From the NCBI GenBank assembly GCA_964252035.1, contig OZ176209.1: DNA of 64,000 bases, one strand, 5' to 3'. The notes under the pieces were generated by a model. The model was not told the DNA's origin and ran no database searches. It saw only the letters and a list, made by a program, of their open reading frames with translations. This stretch comes from Podarcis erhardii (taxonomy: Eukaryota). This document shows positions 13,547 to 26,837 of the stretch, piece after piece. The stretch's first letter is position 1. Every line of letters starts with the position of its first letter. The position numbers and the translations under genes were made by a program.

Positions 13547-13950
13547 TGTCAGTGATCTGCTTGCAGGGGAGAGGGGAGAGTCAGGAATGTACAGAGAGCC
13601 CCCTCCTCTGTTGAGCAGCTGCACTTCGTCAGAGTCCAGGAGGGGGAGTTTTCAGGAGACACGGAAGACGAGAGACAGGGGAGCCAAAACGTTGCTACCA
13701 GGGAAGAGAATGTGCAGCTTCCGTTGCATAGTTTTCCACGTAAGGAAAAAAGGTGGAGAGGGGTTTTCCCCGGTTTTCTATGCTGGAGGGGAAAATAGGA
13801 AGAAGGCACTTCCAGATTCTGCTAGCGATTGAGGCAGACATGGTTTTGGAACTTCTGCACTGTACATAAGTTTTGCACTCAATAAAACCTGAAAAGACAG
13901 GCTGGAGTCCTGGCTCTTATCTTCGTGAGCAACCACACTCCCTTCTGACA
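13547..13950 (+). mobile_element. Solo LTR (404 bp)
   Basis: Begins TGTCAG, ends CTGACA (6-bp inverted repeat). gtatg on both flanks. AATAAA about 70 bp before the 3' end. Confidence 0.8.
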
Positions 13951-13992
13951 GTATGTATGTATGTATGTATGTATGTATGTATGTATGTATGT
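13951..13992. repeat. (GTAT)n microsatellite
   Basis: Direct reading. Confidence 0.95.
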
Positions 13993-14059
13993 TCATTATC
14001 ACTCATGTGCCCAGCAATCTTGCTTCTGGGTAATGGTCATGCTGTTTAGGCTCCAAGTA

Positions 14060-14404
14060 CAGTGGTGCCTTGCAAGACGAAAAGAATCTGTTCCGCGAGT
14101 CTCTTCGTCTTGCGGTTTTTTCGTCTTGTGAAGCAACCCTATTAGCGGATTAGCGGATTAGCGCTATTAGCGGCTTAGCGGCTATTAGCGGCTTAGCGGC
14201 AAAGTGGCTAAGCGGCTATTAGTGGCTTAGCGGCTTAGAAAAAGGGGGGGAGCGAAAAAAATTCGCAAGACTCGCAAGACGTTTTCGTCTTGCGAAGCAA
14301 GCCCATAGAGAAATTCGTCTTGCGAAGCGCCTCGAAAAACGGAAAACCCTTTCGTCTAGCGGGTTTTTCGTCTTGCGAGGCATTCGTCTTGCGGGGCACC
14401 ACTG
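14060..14404. mobile_element. Tc1/mariner-superfamily MITE with internal minisatellite
   Basis: TA|CAGTGGTGCC(T/C)(T/C)GCAAGACGAA inverted termini, |TA at 14405-14406. Internal TTAGCGG/GCTATTAGCG repeats at about 14141-14237. CpGs largely retained. Confidence 0.9.
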
Positions 14405-15619
14405 TATTGCAGCCACGGAGTCTACAAATGTTAGCTTACTTTAGCAGCCCAGCCTCTCTCTACCTTTGCTCCTAATTCTACCCCCAGTTCCATCTTCATC
14501 CCCCATCCTTCTAGCATGTTCAGATGGTTTTCAGAAGAGAACAGGGGTTTCTCTTGTTTGCATTGTGGTATGGAGAAGATAAGAAAAAGCAGCAGTCTCT
14601 CTGCTGCTTTCTTTTAAGAAAATCTTCTCCAAACAGCTGCAGGAGTGACAAAACTTTGCCTCTTTTCCAAGTCCTTTGGCAAGCACGCAGGTCTTGGGAG
14701 AGAGAAAGGGTTACGTCTATGTGCAGGGAGGTATGGACGAGATAAGAACCAGCAGGAGAAATGCCTGCTTTTTATTTAAACAAATCTCCATGCAAGGGAG
14801 CTTCCAGCCTTTCTCTAATTTTGAGATGGCATTCAATCACATACTCGCAAATTCAAGTTGAGCAATTAAAGTTAATTTTGGTGCTCTTGCACAACAAACC
14901 TGTTTCTCTCCCCCACCCTGCTCCATCAGACTTTTGCAAGAATAATAATAAAAAACAACAAACAGGAAAGTGCATGGGAATGCATGGGTTAACATTTGTT
15001 TCACACAAATGAATCAGAAAGAATGCTCATTAAATAGCCGACTTTGGTCTATCCTTCCTTCAAACCTTAGGTCAACATAGGAGGATGAATACTCAACAGT
15101 CATCTGGAAGCCACCTGAGAAAGCACAAGCCCTTTTGTGGTTGCTAGAGGGCTGGACAGAGAGGCAAAAGCCCCATTAACTAAGAACCCCTAAATCTGGT
15201 TCCTCCCCTACAAAAAATTATGCCATAGTTTTGTACTAGTTTTGTATCACCAGCCTCAGGTTTTGTGATACTGCCTACAAGTGAGTAGTGACACATCAAA
15301 TCAGTGTTCATAATTAGCATCCTCCCAAAATCAAAATGGCAGAACCTCCTCCAAACTTGTAGGTCTCTGACCTACGGTAAACTTTTCCTTCACCCAAACA
15401 TCCTGCAAAAAGCTTTTGTCTTTCTTCTCTCACCTACCCATATCCCTCAGTATTATTTGGTTACTGAGGGCGGAGGAAAGTGTAGTTTTAGTGTTACAAA
15501 GGTGCAAGAAGTATGCAATGAGATAATAAATAAAACAAGGATACCAAACGGATATCAAAATTGTTGTTGTTTTAATTTATTCTAGCAGAATATTTTCTAA
15601 GTGTTTATGAGCTACTTTA

Positions 15620-15889
<270 letters not shown>

Positions 15890-17664
15890 TTACAAAAAAA
15901 TAAAACAAAAATAAAATCAGAGAATGAGAAAATGCCAGGTTATGTAGCCTATGCAGTAAATATGCTTTCACTGCAATCCAAATCCATTTCTTTGTTTTAT
16001 CAGCTGTCATTCCCTTTATATTGAACTAGGGGAAAAATATGACACACATTTTGTGGGAGAGTCATCTGATGCACTGGTTTGTAATAGCAGACTAGAGCAT
16101 TCTACAGAACAATGTGGTATCTTGCTCATCAGTCTGCAGCATTTGCCCTGAGTTCTTAAAGTTACGACTCCAACGTGAAACTAAAGACCAATTATTTGCC
16201 CCACAGATACATGAGTTTTCGATACTGCAGAATGCTTCTCTCAATAAATCATGCTGTCACTTTCCAAAAAACAGCAGCCTACAGACTGATGGAAAAGCAC
16301 TGGCTTTCGATGTCTGACACAGAGAAATTAGAGTCTAGGCAGTTTTCTTCCAGCACAATCCTCTCCTTGCCTACTGAGAGGTAAGTACCACTGAGCTCAA
16401 TAGGGCTTAATCTCAAGTAAGTGGTCATAGGGAAGCAACCTGAAAGCGGCTTTATTCTTTTACAGCCCCCCATATCAGGATTCTGCGTTTCATCAAATGG
16501 ATATTGAAGCTCATCCTACAGCATGATACATTGCTATAAATATTGGCAGCAGAAGGCCAGGCTCTGGCTAATTTTCCACCTGTTCTGATGTGTTATGGGC
16601 AGATGCTTTAGGTTAGGAAGAGGATCATTAGTCATGGTTTTTTTTTCATATTCATGGGAAGTGATGCAGCTGAAGTATCACTTCTTTAGTTGGCTGGAAA
16701 AACCGAGCAAAAAATGTTGAATTTGGGGTGGAGGACTGACTGTTTTTAATTGGAATTTTATTTACAATATAACACCCCCCCCCCTGGCCTGACCGTTTTT
16801 AATAAACCCCTTATCATTAATATTTGCAAATACGAATGCTTCCATATGTGCCTGTAAATCTCTCTCTCACTGTTACTCAAGTTTCTTAAAAGGGGAGGGG
16901 AATTAAAGTGAAGTCAAATGGCTGAGCATTAAAATCTGCCTTGGTCCTTTGCAAACATCTAGCTTTCATTTCTTCTCAAAAGAACCTGTGTTTTCTTGGC
17001 CTTCCTCTCATTGTGCTAGTTCCTGAAAAGTTGTGAAGAAATTTTCAGGTTAAAAGGCACATCCGTTAAGGCAAAAGGGGGCAGGGGAGTACAGCACACG
17101 TTAACTTGTATCCTGACATTATACAAAGACAGAAGCATAATGCTGATCTGAAGGGGTCATTTAATGCATCACCCCCCCCCCCCAAAAAAAAAGAGGACAA
17201 AAGAAGATAAAGATCTGCATTCAATTTGCGTATGCTAATTTATATGTATAGATTCACGTTCAGAAATAATTACTGTAAATCTAATAGAAATGCAATACTT
17301 CTCAACATAGTGGAGAAGACTATATGATCGGCATGCCTGCTCAGTCTCCTATCCCGGTGCTAACTGTGCTCCCTGCTTGTTTCCCCTTCTCATGCTTCTT
17401 TATCTTTAAACTGGACTTAGATCAAAGAGCCCTCGAACAGAGAAGTGTTCCTTCTAAAGTAGGATGCACAGCCGTCCTAATTTATCCCTATTTTTAAGCC
17501 ATATGCTTGATTATAAAGAGGTGGGAAAAGCTTCACACTTCACTGGTGACTTTTGGGGTCATTGTTGTTACATTTTCTTTTAAGGGTATCTGAACAGAAC
17601 ATTAAAGCAGCCTCCCTGAAGACTGTTTGTACTGTATAAACTTTTACCTTTTTATAGATTTACG

Positions 17665-17945
17665 TGCTGAGGTGCGGTACAAAGCAACTTGGATAGCTTT
17701 AAAAGAGGACTGGATGAATTAGGAAGGACAACGGCTACTAGGCATGAAAGCAGTATTCTGCCTCAAATGTCAGAGGTATTATGCACCTGGATACCAGTCA
17801 CTGGGAATCACAGGTGGGCAGAATGCTGTTGTGCTCATGTCCCGCTTGCAGGCTTTCCACAGGCAACTGGTTGGCCATTGTGAGAACAGGATGCTGGACC
17901 AGATGTGCCATTGGCGTGATCTAGCAGGCAGTACATTATTCTGTT
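17665..17945 (+). mobile_element. CR1-type LINE 3' end
   Basis: ttggatagctttaaaagaggactggatgaatt...gtgagaacaggatgctggaccagatg...tgatctagcagg. Confidence 0.75.
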
Positions 17946-18459
17946 TATTTCAGAAGTTCAGGCTGTAAGGGCCACTACTTCTGTAGCCAAGCTGGCACCA
18001 TTCACTCACAAGTGTGAGGTATAGACATGCTCAGAAGAACCTCAAGGTATGCAGCAGTGCCAAAATAATTAGGAAGAAACTTAACTAAACACCCCCCCCC
18101 AACAGCCCTGTGAGAACTGAGCATGCTCGGCATGTGCAGAACACTGACAGTTTTTGATGTGGGGACTGAATGCAGTGGCTGGGACCCTAAACAGAAGCAC
18201 TCCGCACTGTAACTGTCTGTTACAGGTCCCACTTGCATGATAATAATTTTGCAGATCTGCTAACACAAATAATTTTTACTTTTATCACTGCCAGCCACCA
18301 TATTGTATTTGTTCACAATATTACAGCTGCAATCATGGAAATAAGCTAAGCCCTGCAGATCTCAGTAGGACTTACTTCTTAATAGACATGTATAGGGTTG
18401 CGCAGTAAAGCCGATCTAATTATCAACCATATGGCCAAATGGGAGTCCTGCAATATTAT

Positions 18460-18575
18460 TGCAATGACCATAAGATGTTGTATTTTAGTGTTCTGTTGGA
18501 AGTCGCCCAGAGTGGCTGGGGAAACCCAGCCAGATGGGCAGGGTATAAATAATAAATTATTATTATATTATTATT
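18460..18575 (+). mobile_element. L2-clade LINE 3' end with (ATT)n tail
   Basis: ttggaagtcgcccagagtggctggggaaacccagccagatgggcagggtataaataataaattattatt. Confidence 0.8.
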
Positions 18576-19422
18576 ATGACTACAGCATTGATGTGGGTGA
18601 GTTTCACCTCTTACTGCCACCTGCCTTTTTATCCAGGGACTCAGGTGGGTGCCCATGAAGCCCTTCTGTGCATTCAACACAATGCATGTGATTAACATAG
18701 GCACAGAACTCTTGCGGTAGATTTTTTACTTTGATGATCCATGACAACAGGCCAGAAATCACACAGGCTGCAGATATAGAAATCTTCAGCCTCCAGAGGC
18801 ATCACAGAAGTGTTTGAAGGTTCCCTCCTGGCTGAACACTTTATCCTGAATTGCACTTCACTTTTCAGATGCTGATGGTTCAAAAAGAATCACATTCTCC
18901 TGGCACTCTTAAGTCAAGATATAAACCCAGGGGTGAAATTCCTTTTAGTACTTCAGCTTTCAATATGTATGATCATAAATGTATTAATTAAAAGCAGTTC
19001 TATCATCTGAGAAGCTGAGGAATCACTTTTTATTTTTTAAAAACCCTTTAAGGAGATAAGAGCAAAAAGGAAATCCTATTTGTGACTCAGGAGAAATGTA
19101 TGAGTGGCCCAAAATACGACGTGGCTACTTCTGTAACAACTAATGCAGAAGACTAAAGAGATATGACGCAGAATGTGCGTTTCTATTATGCACACAGTGA
19201 AAATTCTCATAATTGCTTGCTAGAAGATGACAACAAGATACGTTTTATGGTGCACCACCCCTGAACTCATTAGCCATGACATGGAACGTGACAAATATTA
19301 ATGGACATTTCTGGGTAACAAAATATGAATGTTCAAGATGGGTGGGCATGATCCAAAGCACCACAGAACATCAGTAAGAATAGGAGTTGCTTACAGTGCA
19401 ACCCTAAGTATGTATCATTAAG

Positions 19423-19520
19423 CAGTGTTGCCATATGTCCGGAATTTCCTGGAAATAGCTGGAATATTGCAGTCAGAAACAGTGTCTGGGCAGAAATAGC
19501 TTAAAAATGTTTGGGAAAAT
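19423..19520. mobile_element. Short hAT-like MITE
   Basis: gttgccatatgtccgga ... tctggacgtatggcaac inverted termini. Confidence 0.65.
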
Positions 19521-21089
19521 CTGGACGTATGGCAACCCATGTTGGCAGTGTCATTTTTTGTGATTTCCCTTAAAAATCACAAAATGTGTTTGTGATTTTG
19601 CCAAAAAAGCTCAGCAACTTTGCTCAACAACTTTTGTGTCTGGATTTTCACAATATGGCAGGGTGTATAGATGATTGCAGCCTTAATATCTTGTGTATGT
19701 GGGAATGCTCTCTCTGTGTCCACGGCTGAAATAAAAGACAAAGCACAGACTCCTGTATGAGTTCCTGTATGAGAACCCAAAATATCAATGGATTTAATCC
19801 ATTGAGATCTTTATTCAATAAAATGGAGCTACTGTAAGAATATTGCATTGTTTGCTGAACTGCGACAATTGTGTGGCGATCAGTAGGTGCCTTGACTGAT
19901 TCATTTTATTTTATTTCTTACGCCATAACACTTTGGTTTGCCCAGCACACTAGACCAAACCATAGCTCAGTATGAATGTGTGAGCATGCAGACTCCTGGA
20001 AAGGAGATCACAGCTGCTCTGCTCCTCCTGGGTCACTCTGCCGCTGCATTGCACTATGCTAAGCCATAGAACCCAGGCTCATGGATTAGCTTTCCCCAAA
20101 CTAACTATGGACTGTAACTATGGTTCGTCTCGTGGTATATGGCTTGTGGCTTGTCCAAGAGAGCTAAACCATGAGCCCAGGTTTTTGACAAGATGCTAAA
20201 CCAAACTATGGCTTGGCTTAGCACTGCAATAGAATGACTAGACAGGAGCAAAGTGGTTACTCATCTCTGGTAGTCTCTTGTGGTTTGGGCTGAGCATAAT
20301 GTGTGCACCAGGCCATTGGAGATGTTTACCATTGCCTTTTGCTTTGGGCACCTGAATCTTAAAAGTTACTGTTTCGCTTCATTTTAAATAAACTCAAAGG
20401 AAAAACTCAGTAAAAAGAGTTTCTTCTCCCTCCCCACACCAAAGGAAAAAAAATGGATTATTTTTATGAACATCTTCAAGAGAAAACGGCTTATGTCTGC
20501 AGTAGTGTCGGGGGCCTCTGGGGATATCTTTCTTGTTGAGTGATTACATAGCCTCAATCTCTTATTGTCCCTGCTTTCAAACTGGAGCTGTCATTATAAG
20601 ACTAAGTATACCAAGGGAAAGGCCTATAGCGATTGAAGTGCAGTGAACATTTCAGACGAAAACCCTTCAAAGGATGTTCAGCTGTGCTGCTGTTATATTG
20701 CTGGAAACTTGGTTCTGAGTTTGGTTCTGAATTTTTTGGACAGCATTGCACAGCACTCTAATATATGTCTTGATTCCCTCTCTCCATTTCCACTCATGTT
20801 TAGGTGTTTGAATGAACATGCCATAATGACAAGATAATTTCTTTAGGTGAAAGGATCAGAGGAAAAGAGAACCAAACTTCATTTACAGTGTCCCTCCCCA
20901 CCCCAAAGAAACTGCATGTGTTCCAGACTCAATTTTTCATTCTGTTTTTCTTTTCTTTTTTCTGCAATCCCAAACAACTTTACTAGGAAGTAAGCCCCAC
21001 TGAACACAGCAGGACCAATTTATGAATAAACATGCATATAACTGTTCTCTCATCCTACTGAAAACATTAATAAGAATAAGAATAAGAAA

Positions 21090-21522
21090 TTATTATTTCT
21101 ACCTCGCCCATCTGGGTGGGTTTCCCCAGCCACTCTGGGTGGCTTTCAACAGAACATTAAAGCAGTATAAAACTTCAAACATTAAAAACTTCCCTAAACA
21201 GGGCTGCCTTCAGATGTCTTCTAAAAGTCAGATAGTTGTTGACATTTGATGGGAGGGCATTCCACAGGGCAGGCGCCAATACCAAGAGGGCCCTCTGTCT
21301 TGTTCCCTGTAACCTCACTTCTCTCAGTGAGGGAACCGCCAGAAGGCCCTCGGAACTGGACCTCAGTGTCCGGGCTGAACAATGGGGATAGAGACGCTCC
21401 TTCAGGTATACTGGGCTGAGGCTTTTTAGGGCTTTAAAGGTCAGCATCAACACTTTGAATTGTGCTTGGAAACGTACTGGGAGCCAATGTAGGTCTCTCA
21501 GGACCGGTGTTATATGGCCTCG
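21090..21522 (-). mobile_element. L2-clade LINE 3' fragment
   Basis: ORF 21175-21570 reads HITPVLRDLHWLPVRFQAQFKVLMLTFKAL...APALWNALP, the typical L2/CR1-superclade ORF2 C-terminus. Confidence 0.88.
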
Positions 21523-22085
21523 CCAGTTTAGACATGCATGTTTCTTGACTTCTTTCCCCAGTTGTGTCAAAGTCTCAGCTATCAGCCTGTCTAGAAGACG
21601 TCCAATTTAAAGCTACAAAGGCACAGAGGGCTACCCATTTTCTACAAAGATTAGGGTAGAAACTAAGAGAGTGATCTGCATGGAGGCTAAGAGAATGAGC
21701 AAGGCCTTGGTATGTCTTTCATCTGCACCATGAACTCACTGAAAAACTTTCGGCTTTAGGGTAGTGCTTGTGAAGTGTTTTGAACACTGGCAAGTACTGT
21801 TATTAGTAATAGTTAAGCAAACGGGAATATGTGCTCCTCCGAGAGTGGGGGGGGAAATAGCAGTGTCTCCAAACTGGTGGGGCACAAGAGTTAAAAAGCA
21901 AATTTTCTCTTCCCTCCACAGCCTTCTATAAATCTCCTCCAGAAGGTTGCCAGACCCTCCAATACAGTGTGGGAGATTGTGCTTTCCACCAGCAGAGGCC
22001 TTCATGATTTTTATTTTTTTTTAAGGAGGCAGTTGTTGGTTCATAAGAAAAAACCCAAAATATACAATCAGGAATTGTCATTATT

Positions 22086-22328
22086 AGGGGACCAACTAAT
22101 TTTTGCTAGATCATAGAGGGCCAGATCTGATGAAGTGAAGGGCTGTGGGGGTTAACCAAAGGGCCAACCAAAGTTGTTGACCTTTCCTTAGGGTTGGAGT
22201 TGTTGAGCTTCTTTTAGGACTGAAGTTGTTGAGCTTTTTTAAGTTTTACCACAGGAAATAAACTGCCCCAGGAGCCGGATTAAACTAACCGACGAGCCAG
22301 ATTATGCCCCCAAAATGGACATGCCTGT
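22086..22328. mobile_element. hAT-like MITE with three internal ~26-bp repeats
   Basis: Ends ggacatgcctg. Internal agttgttga(c/g)c... units start at 22172, 22198 and 22224. Confidence 0.55.
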
Positions 22329-22827
22329 CATAGAGAGTGAAAAGGAGAGGCCTCTTAGCACTAGCTTCCTAGCACTGTTTCCAAGTGCATAAGGCACACA
22401 GCTTTTCATTTTGCTCATAAATGGTGGTCTGCAGCAGCATTTAAGCCCATCTCATTCATGGCAGATATCTCCCACCCTCTGGAATGGGCTTTGGCTCTTT
22501 AGCAAAAGCAGCTTTCCAGGAAATCTAAAGAGTCCATGCTACAGCTCCCTTCCTCACAGGAGTTTCAGTCAGACTCAAGGTCAGATTCATGAAAAGATGC
22601 AAAACAGCAGAGCTCTGAGGCTACAGTTGAATTATTCTCCTGGTAATAATCCTTTGTCCTTTACATTTTTCACTGCAGGGCAATCACTGGAACGGCTCCC
22701 AAAGAGAAAAGGCTATTGTTGCCGTGGGTCACCAATTAACCAGGACATAAGCAATTCTGTGACTGGGAAAGAGATTAACCTTTAGTATACATAGCAAACA
22801 AAGAAATGGGTGCCATGTAATTATTCA

Positions 22828-23037
<210 letters not shown>

Positions 23038-23686
23038 TCAGCAGAGCAGAATATTCAGCAAGCATTTACGAAAGAGCTTGCCTTGTCTCCTGACATCTCT
23101 CTCTATAAATACATGTACACAACAATATGGTTGCACACAGATACATGCGCCTGCTGACACACACCACACACAAACACACACACTTGCAGTTCTCCTTTTA
23201 AAAAGAACAAAGCATTCTAATAAACGCAGATTTGAAAAAAGGTGCATGATTCTTTAAAAAAACAAACATCCAAACCCCAATTACAGCCGCCGCAGATTCA
23301 AGAAGCTGTTTTTAAGCAGACAAGAGGCATTTAAACTGCTGCTGATTAGAGCTATATATGGATTTTTATATTTTATTTGGTGATGCCACCATCAAATAGC
23401 TCCCTAACAGATTATTTTACTGGGGCTTTTTATTATTATTTTTAAAAAGACTCTGCAATTTAAAATGTATTGTTAAATAATCTTACGATACATGATTACT
23501 AAAAGTTAAATTTATATACTTAAAAGGGAAGGATTCTTTACCAGTTGATTAACTATGTATCTTATACTGACCCACTATATATGTTAACGCTAAAACCAAA
23601 CCATGGTTTGGCATGAAACATGTGTGCTCCTGGCTGGCAAAAGATGGTTCTTGTTTCATGTGTCTGTGGGATCAAAACCCTCTGGC

Positions 23687-23830
23687 ACAGGAACATTGGA
23701 AGTTGCCTTATATAAAGTTAGAATACTGGTCCATCCAGGCCAGTATTTTCTACACTGCCTATCAGCAGTTCCCCAGGGTTTCAGACATACCTAGATCTGG
23801 AGATACCATGGATTGAATCTGGGGTGCTCT
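23687..23830 (-). mobile_element. tRNA-derived SINE fragment with CR1-like tail
   Basis: Degenerate match to the 24090-24283 copy. Confidence 0.55.
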
Positions 23831-24089
23831 ACCAGTGAGTTACGACCCTTGCCGGAACCCTGGACTATGCGGCTATAGTAGCTGGCTGCTGCCCTCTTCC
23901 CCACTCCATTCTGGTGCTCTCCACAAAGGAAGGCGCTATGATGTCCTTTGGCCTGCCCAGTTGTGTTCCATTTATAAATGGCATATAGAGTGGTTTCATG
24001 GGATCACTAAGAAAGTACCGCACACTGACTGAAGCCTTACCTGCATGGGTACTGCGAGTGCAATGTAAATGAGCAACTGGTTTGAACAG

Positions 24090-24283
24090 AGGTACACAGG
24101 AAGCGGCCTCATACTGAGTCAAGACTATTGGTCCATCTGGCTATGTACTGTCTATAGTTTTAATTGGCAGTGACACTTCACAGTTTTGGGCAGGGGTCTC
24201 ACTCAGGCTTATTAGGAGATGCTAGGAACTTAACACCAGCCTTTCTGCATATGAAGAAAGTGCTCTTCCACTGAGCTATGGCC
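24090..24283 (-). mobile_element. tRNA-derived SINE (tRNA-Ala-like head, CR1-like tail)
   Basis: Reverse complement starts gggccatagctcagtggaagagcac...catatgcagaa and ends agatggaccaatagtcttgactcagtatgaggccgcttcctgtgt. Confidence 0.7.
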
Positions 24284-25838
24284 CTGAGAGTCACACCAGG
24301 GGAATATGGGCTAGCCTGTCAGTGTCACCACACCCGCTTTTGTTTCTATGATGCTTGTGTTTTGTATTTGCTGGTTGAGTCTAGTATCAGGAATATATTA
24401 TACCACATTAGCCACCCAGGAGCCACAGGATCAGTTTGCCTGCCTGTGACGTTGAGCTAGTCGAAAGGGAATGTAATTCAATTCTTTTTTAAAGAAAATA
24501 ATTCTCTCTAGAATGGAGTCATTATGCTCCAGGGAGTATTTTGGTGATCTTGTTCCAAATTCACAACAATGAGTAGTAATTGGATTTCCTGGCCATGGAT
24601 CTTTGTGTTCTTGCTTTTTCTCATCCATCCCAAGAAAATAGTTAAGAGCCCAACAGGGGAATATAATGTCTGAACTATGGCAGCAGAAGAAATTATGAAA
24701 CCGTAAATAAATGCTAGTTAGCACCTTAGTTACACTTGGAGTGCTACCAAAGATCTACTAGCAAAAATATAAATCTCTTGTGGGGGGAAAAATCCCCAAG
24801 CCAATGTTCTAGAGTCAAAATAGCATTCTTTTTAATAAAACCCAGGACAACTTTTGTTCATCTTCTGAAGAAGGTTATATCTATTTCTTACAAAAGATTT
24901 CAGCTTCTCTAGTCCCTCGCCTGCTTAACATCCACTATTCTTTGAAGATTTAAAAGTTCCACACTGATTTCAAGAGCTCTTAGTGCTACAGAGTGGTCCA
25001 CTAAAGGTCTAAAATACAGGATACTTTTGTTTATGTGTTTGCTTTTGGAAGTCTCTCTCTCTGTATACCTCTTTATTCTTTGACTGGTGATTTCTTTAAT
25101 GCTGTTCTTTGAAGGACAATGGATGGTGTGGGAGTTACTTGAAAAGGTACGTAGAATATTGAATAAAGTTTTACTGTTGAGGCAGAAAGATTGAAGACAC
25201 ACCAGGGATCGGTGCTGGCTTTACACTGTATGTCTTTCTTAGACACCAAAAGTGTCAAAGGAGAACTGCCAACATGAATTTACTGAGTTAGAATTTGTTT
25301 CCTGATGTGACACACGCATAGTAGGGATAAACAGGAAAAAAGAGTAGCTATCTCCCTACAGAAAGTAATTCTTTCTCTTAGGTCAGATCCCCACTGTGCA
25401 TTTAAAGCACAACGACAGTCATGGCTCCGCCCTCCTCCCAGAATCCCGTGGACGGTACTTAGTTAAGGGTACTGAGAGTTGTACGGTGACTCCCATTCCT
25501 CTCCCAAAGCCACAACTCCCAGAATGGGGTAGCCATTGCGGATCTGTGAGGGGAACAGGGGGTTAGAATACCTGTGGAAAGAAAATGCCTGCAACACTTT
25601 CCCAATACCATTTAAAATGTTGAGAATATGAGTAAAATGAGTACGTGTGTATGTGTTAAAATATAGCTATATTCATATTCAATTGTGTTCGCCCTTGAGT
25701 GGAAGAGACTTTGGTGTGCAACAGAGCTTGCCCCTCCCCCTGGGAAATAGATTTGGGGTGCACCTGTGGCAGCTGGAGAAATGCATCACCCTCCCCCCCC
25801 GACTCAAACAACACACTCTGATCACACTTATTTCAAAC

Positions 25839-25961
25839 CTGATTGTCTTGAAAGTTGTAATCCAAAGAATACTGAATTTTTCCTAATTTTTCCTCCTCTT
25901 TTGCTTCTTCTTTTTCTTCTCCATCTGTCAGCCCTGTTTCAGCATCGTCATCCTTTAAGGC
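25839..25961 (-). CDS. SYT1: Synaptotagmin-1 internal coding exon: acidic linker and start of C2A
   Basis: tcattgcag|GCC TTA AAG GAT...GAC AAT CAG|gtttga, 123 bp, phase 0-0. Translates [41 protein letters not shown]. Confidence 0.95.
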
Positions 25962-26837
25962 CTGCAATGAACAGGGGCAACAATAGAAGTAATTAACAGG
26001 GCTACTGTACTTTCCAAGTGAAGCCCTGAAAAGCAGGCAGTGGCACTCAACCCTTACAGCGGAAGCCATTAAAAGCAAGCAGGATGGCACAAAGTCATAT
26101 ATGCTTTTGACATATATATATATATATTCAGACTACTTTCGTTGCAGAAATATCATCGTCAGCAAGCAGCAAGGAAGCAATGGAAAAAGGGGGAGGGAAG
26201 TGTCTTTTGAGGGTATTGCAAGCAAGAATTGTTTCAAAGCCTGAAACACAAAGAGAATGTCAACGTGTTGTTGTTGGGGTGGGTTTTGTTTTTGGGTTGT
26301 TGTTTTTTTGCAAAATCTTTGATTGAATCAAATTGCTTTGTCCAGAGGCAAGTGTGGATAAACATGCTATTAAAGAGGCAAGGTTGCACAGTCATTCAAT
26401 TTAAAACAGTTGTGCATGCTGTGAATTATTTGCAGTAAAGCAAAGTGCTTCTGTAGAATTACTGCTATTTAAAATGTTGCTATGTGACTTCTTCATAAAA
26501 TGAGATGCCCAAACATTTCAATTTTTTCTCTCTGTTCATGATGCATATGGAAGCAAAGGTATCACTATGCCATTAGCAAATGCACGGTCACAGAAAAGAA
26601 GACCCTTTTCGTTCTCTTTTTCTTTTCAACGGTTCTCAGTTTAAAGCAAGGCTGAACCAACTTGATTTAACTATACATTGATGTTAACACAATTATGGAC
26701 AAATTTGTTGGCCAAAACAGCAGTTGTTTTAAAATGTAGCGGCAGTGTTTACCAACACAGAAAATAACAAACTGAAAGCATTAATTTGTTTGATATTAGA
26801 AAGCTCAGGTTTGCATCATATATAATTCCAGTAGAGC

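Noticed and set aside
14141-14237. CRISPR array or interstitial telomere
   Set aside because: Units are 7-10 bp with no spacers, are not TTAGGG, and lie inside a TA-flanked MITE in a vertebrate genome.
25962-26090. N-terminal extension of ORF 25833-26090 as an alternative longer exon
   Set aside because: The upstream AGs I checked (tttcag, tacag, cagtag) all fall in phase 2, while the preceding exon ends in phase 0. The open frame is incidental intron.
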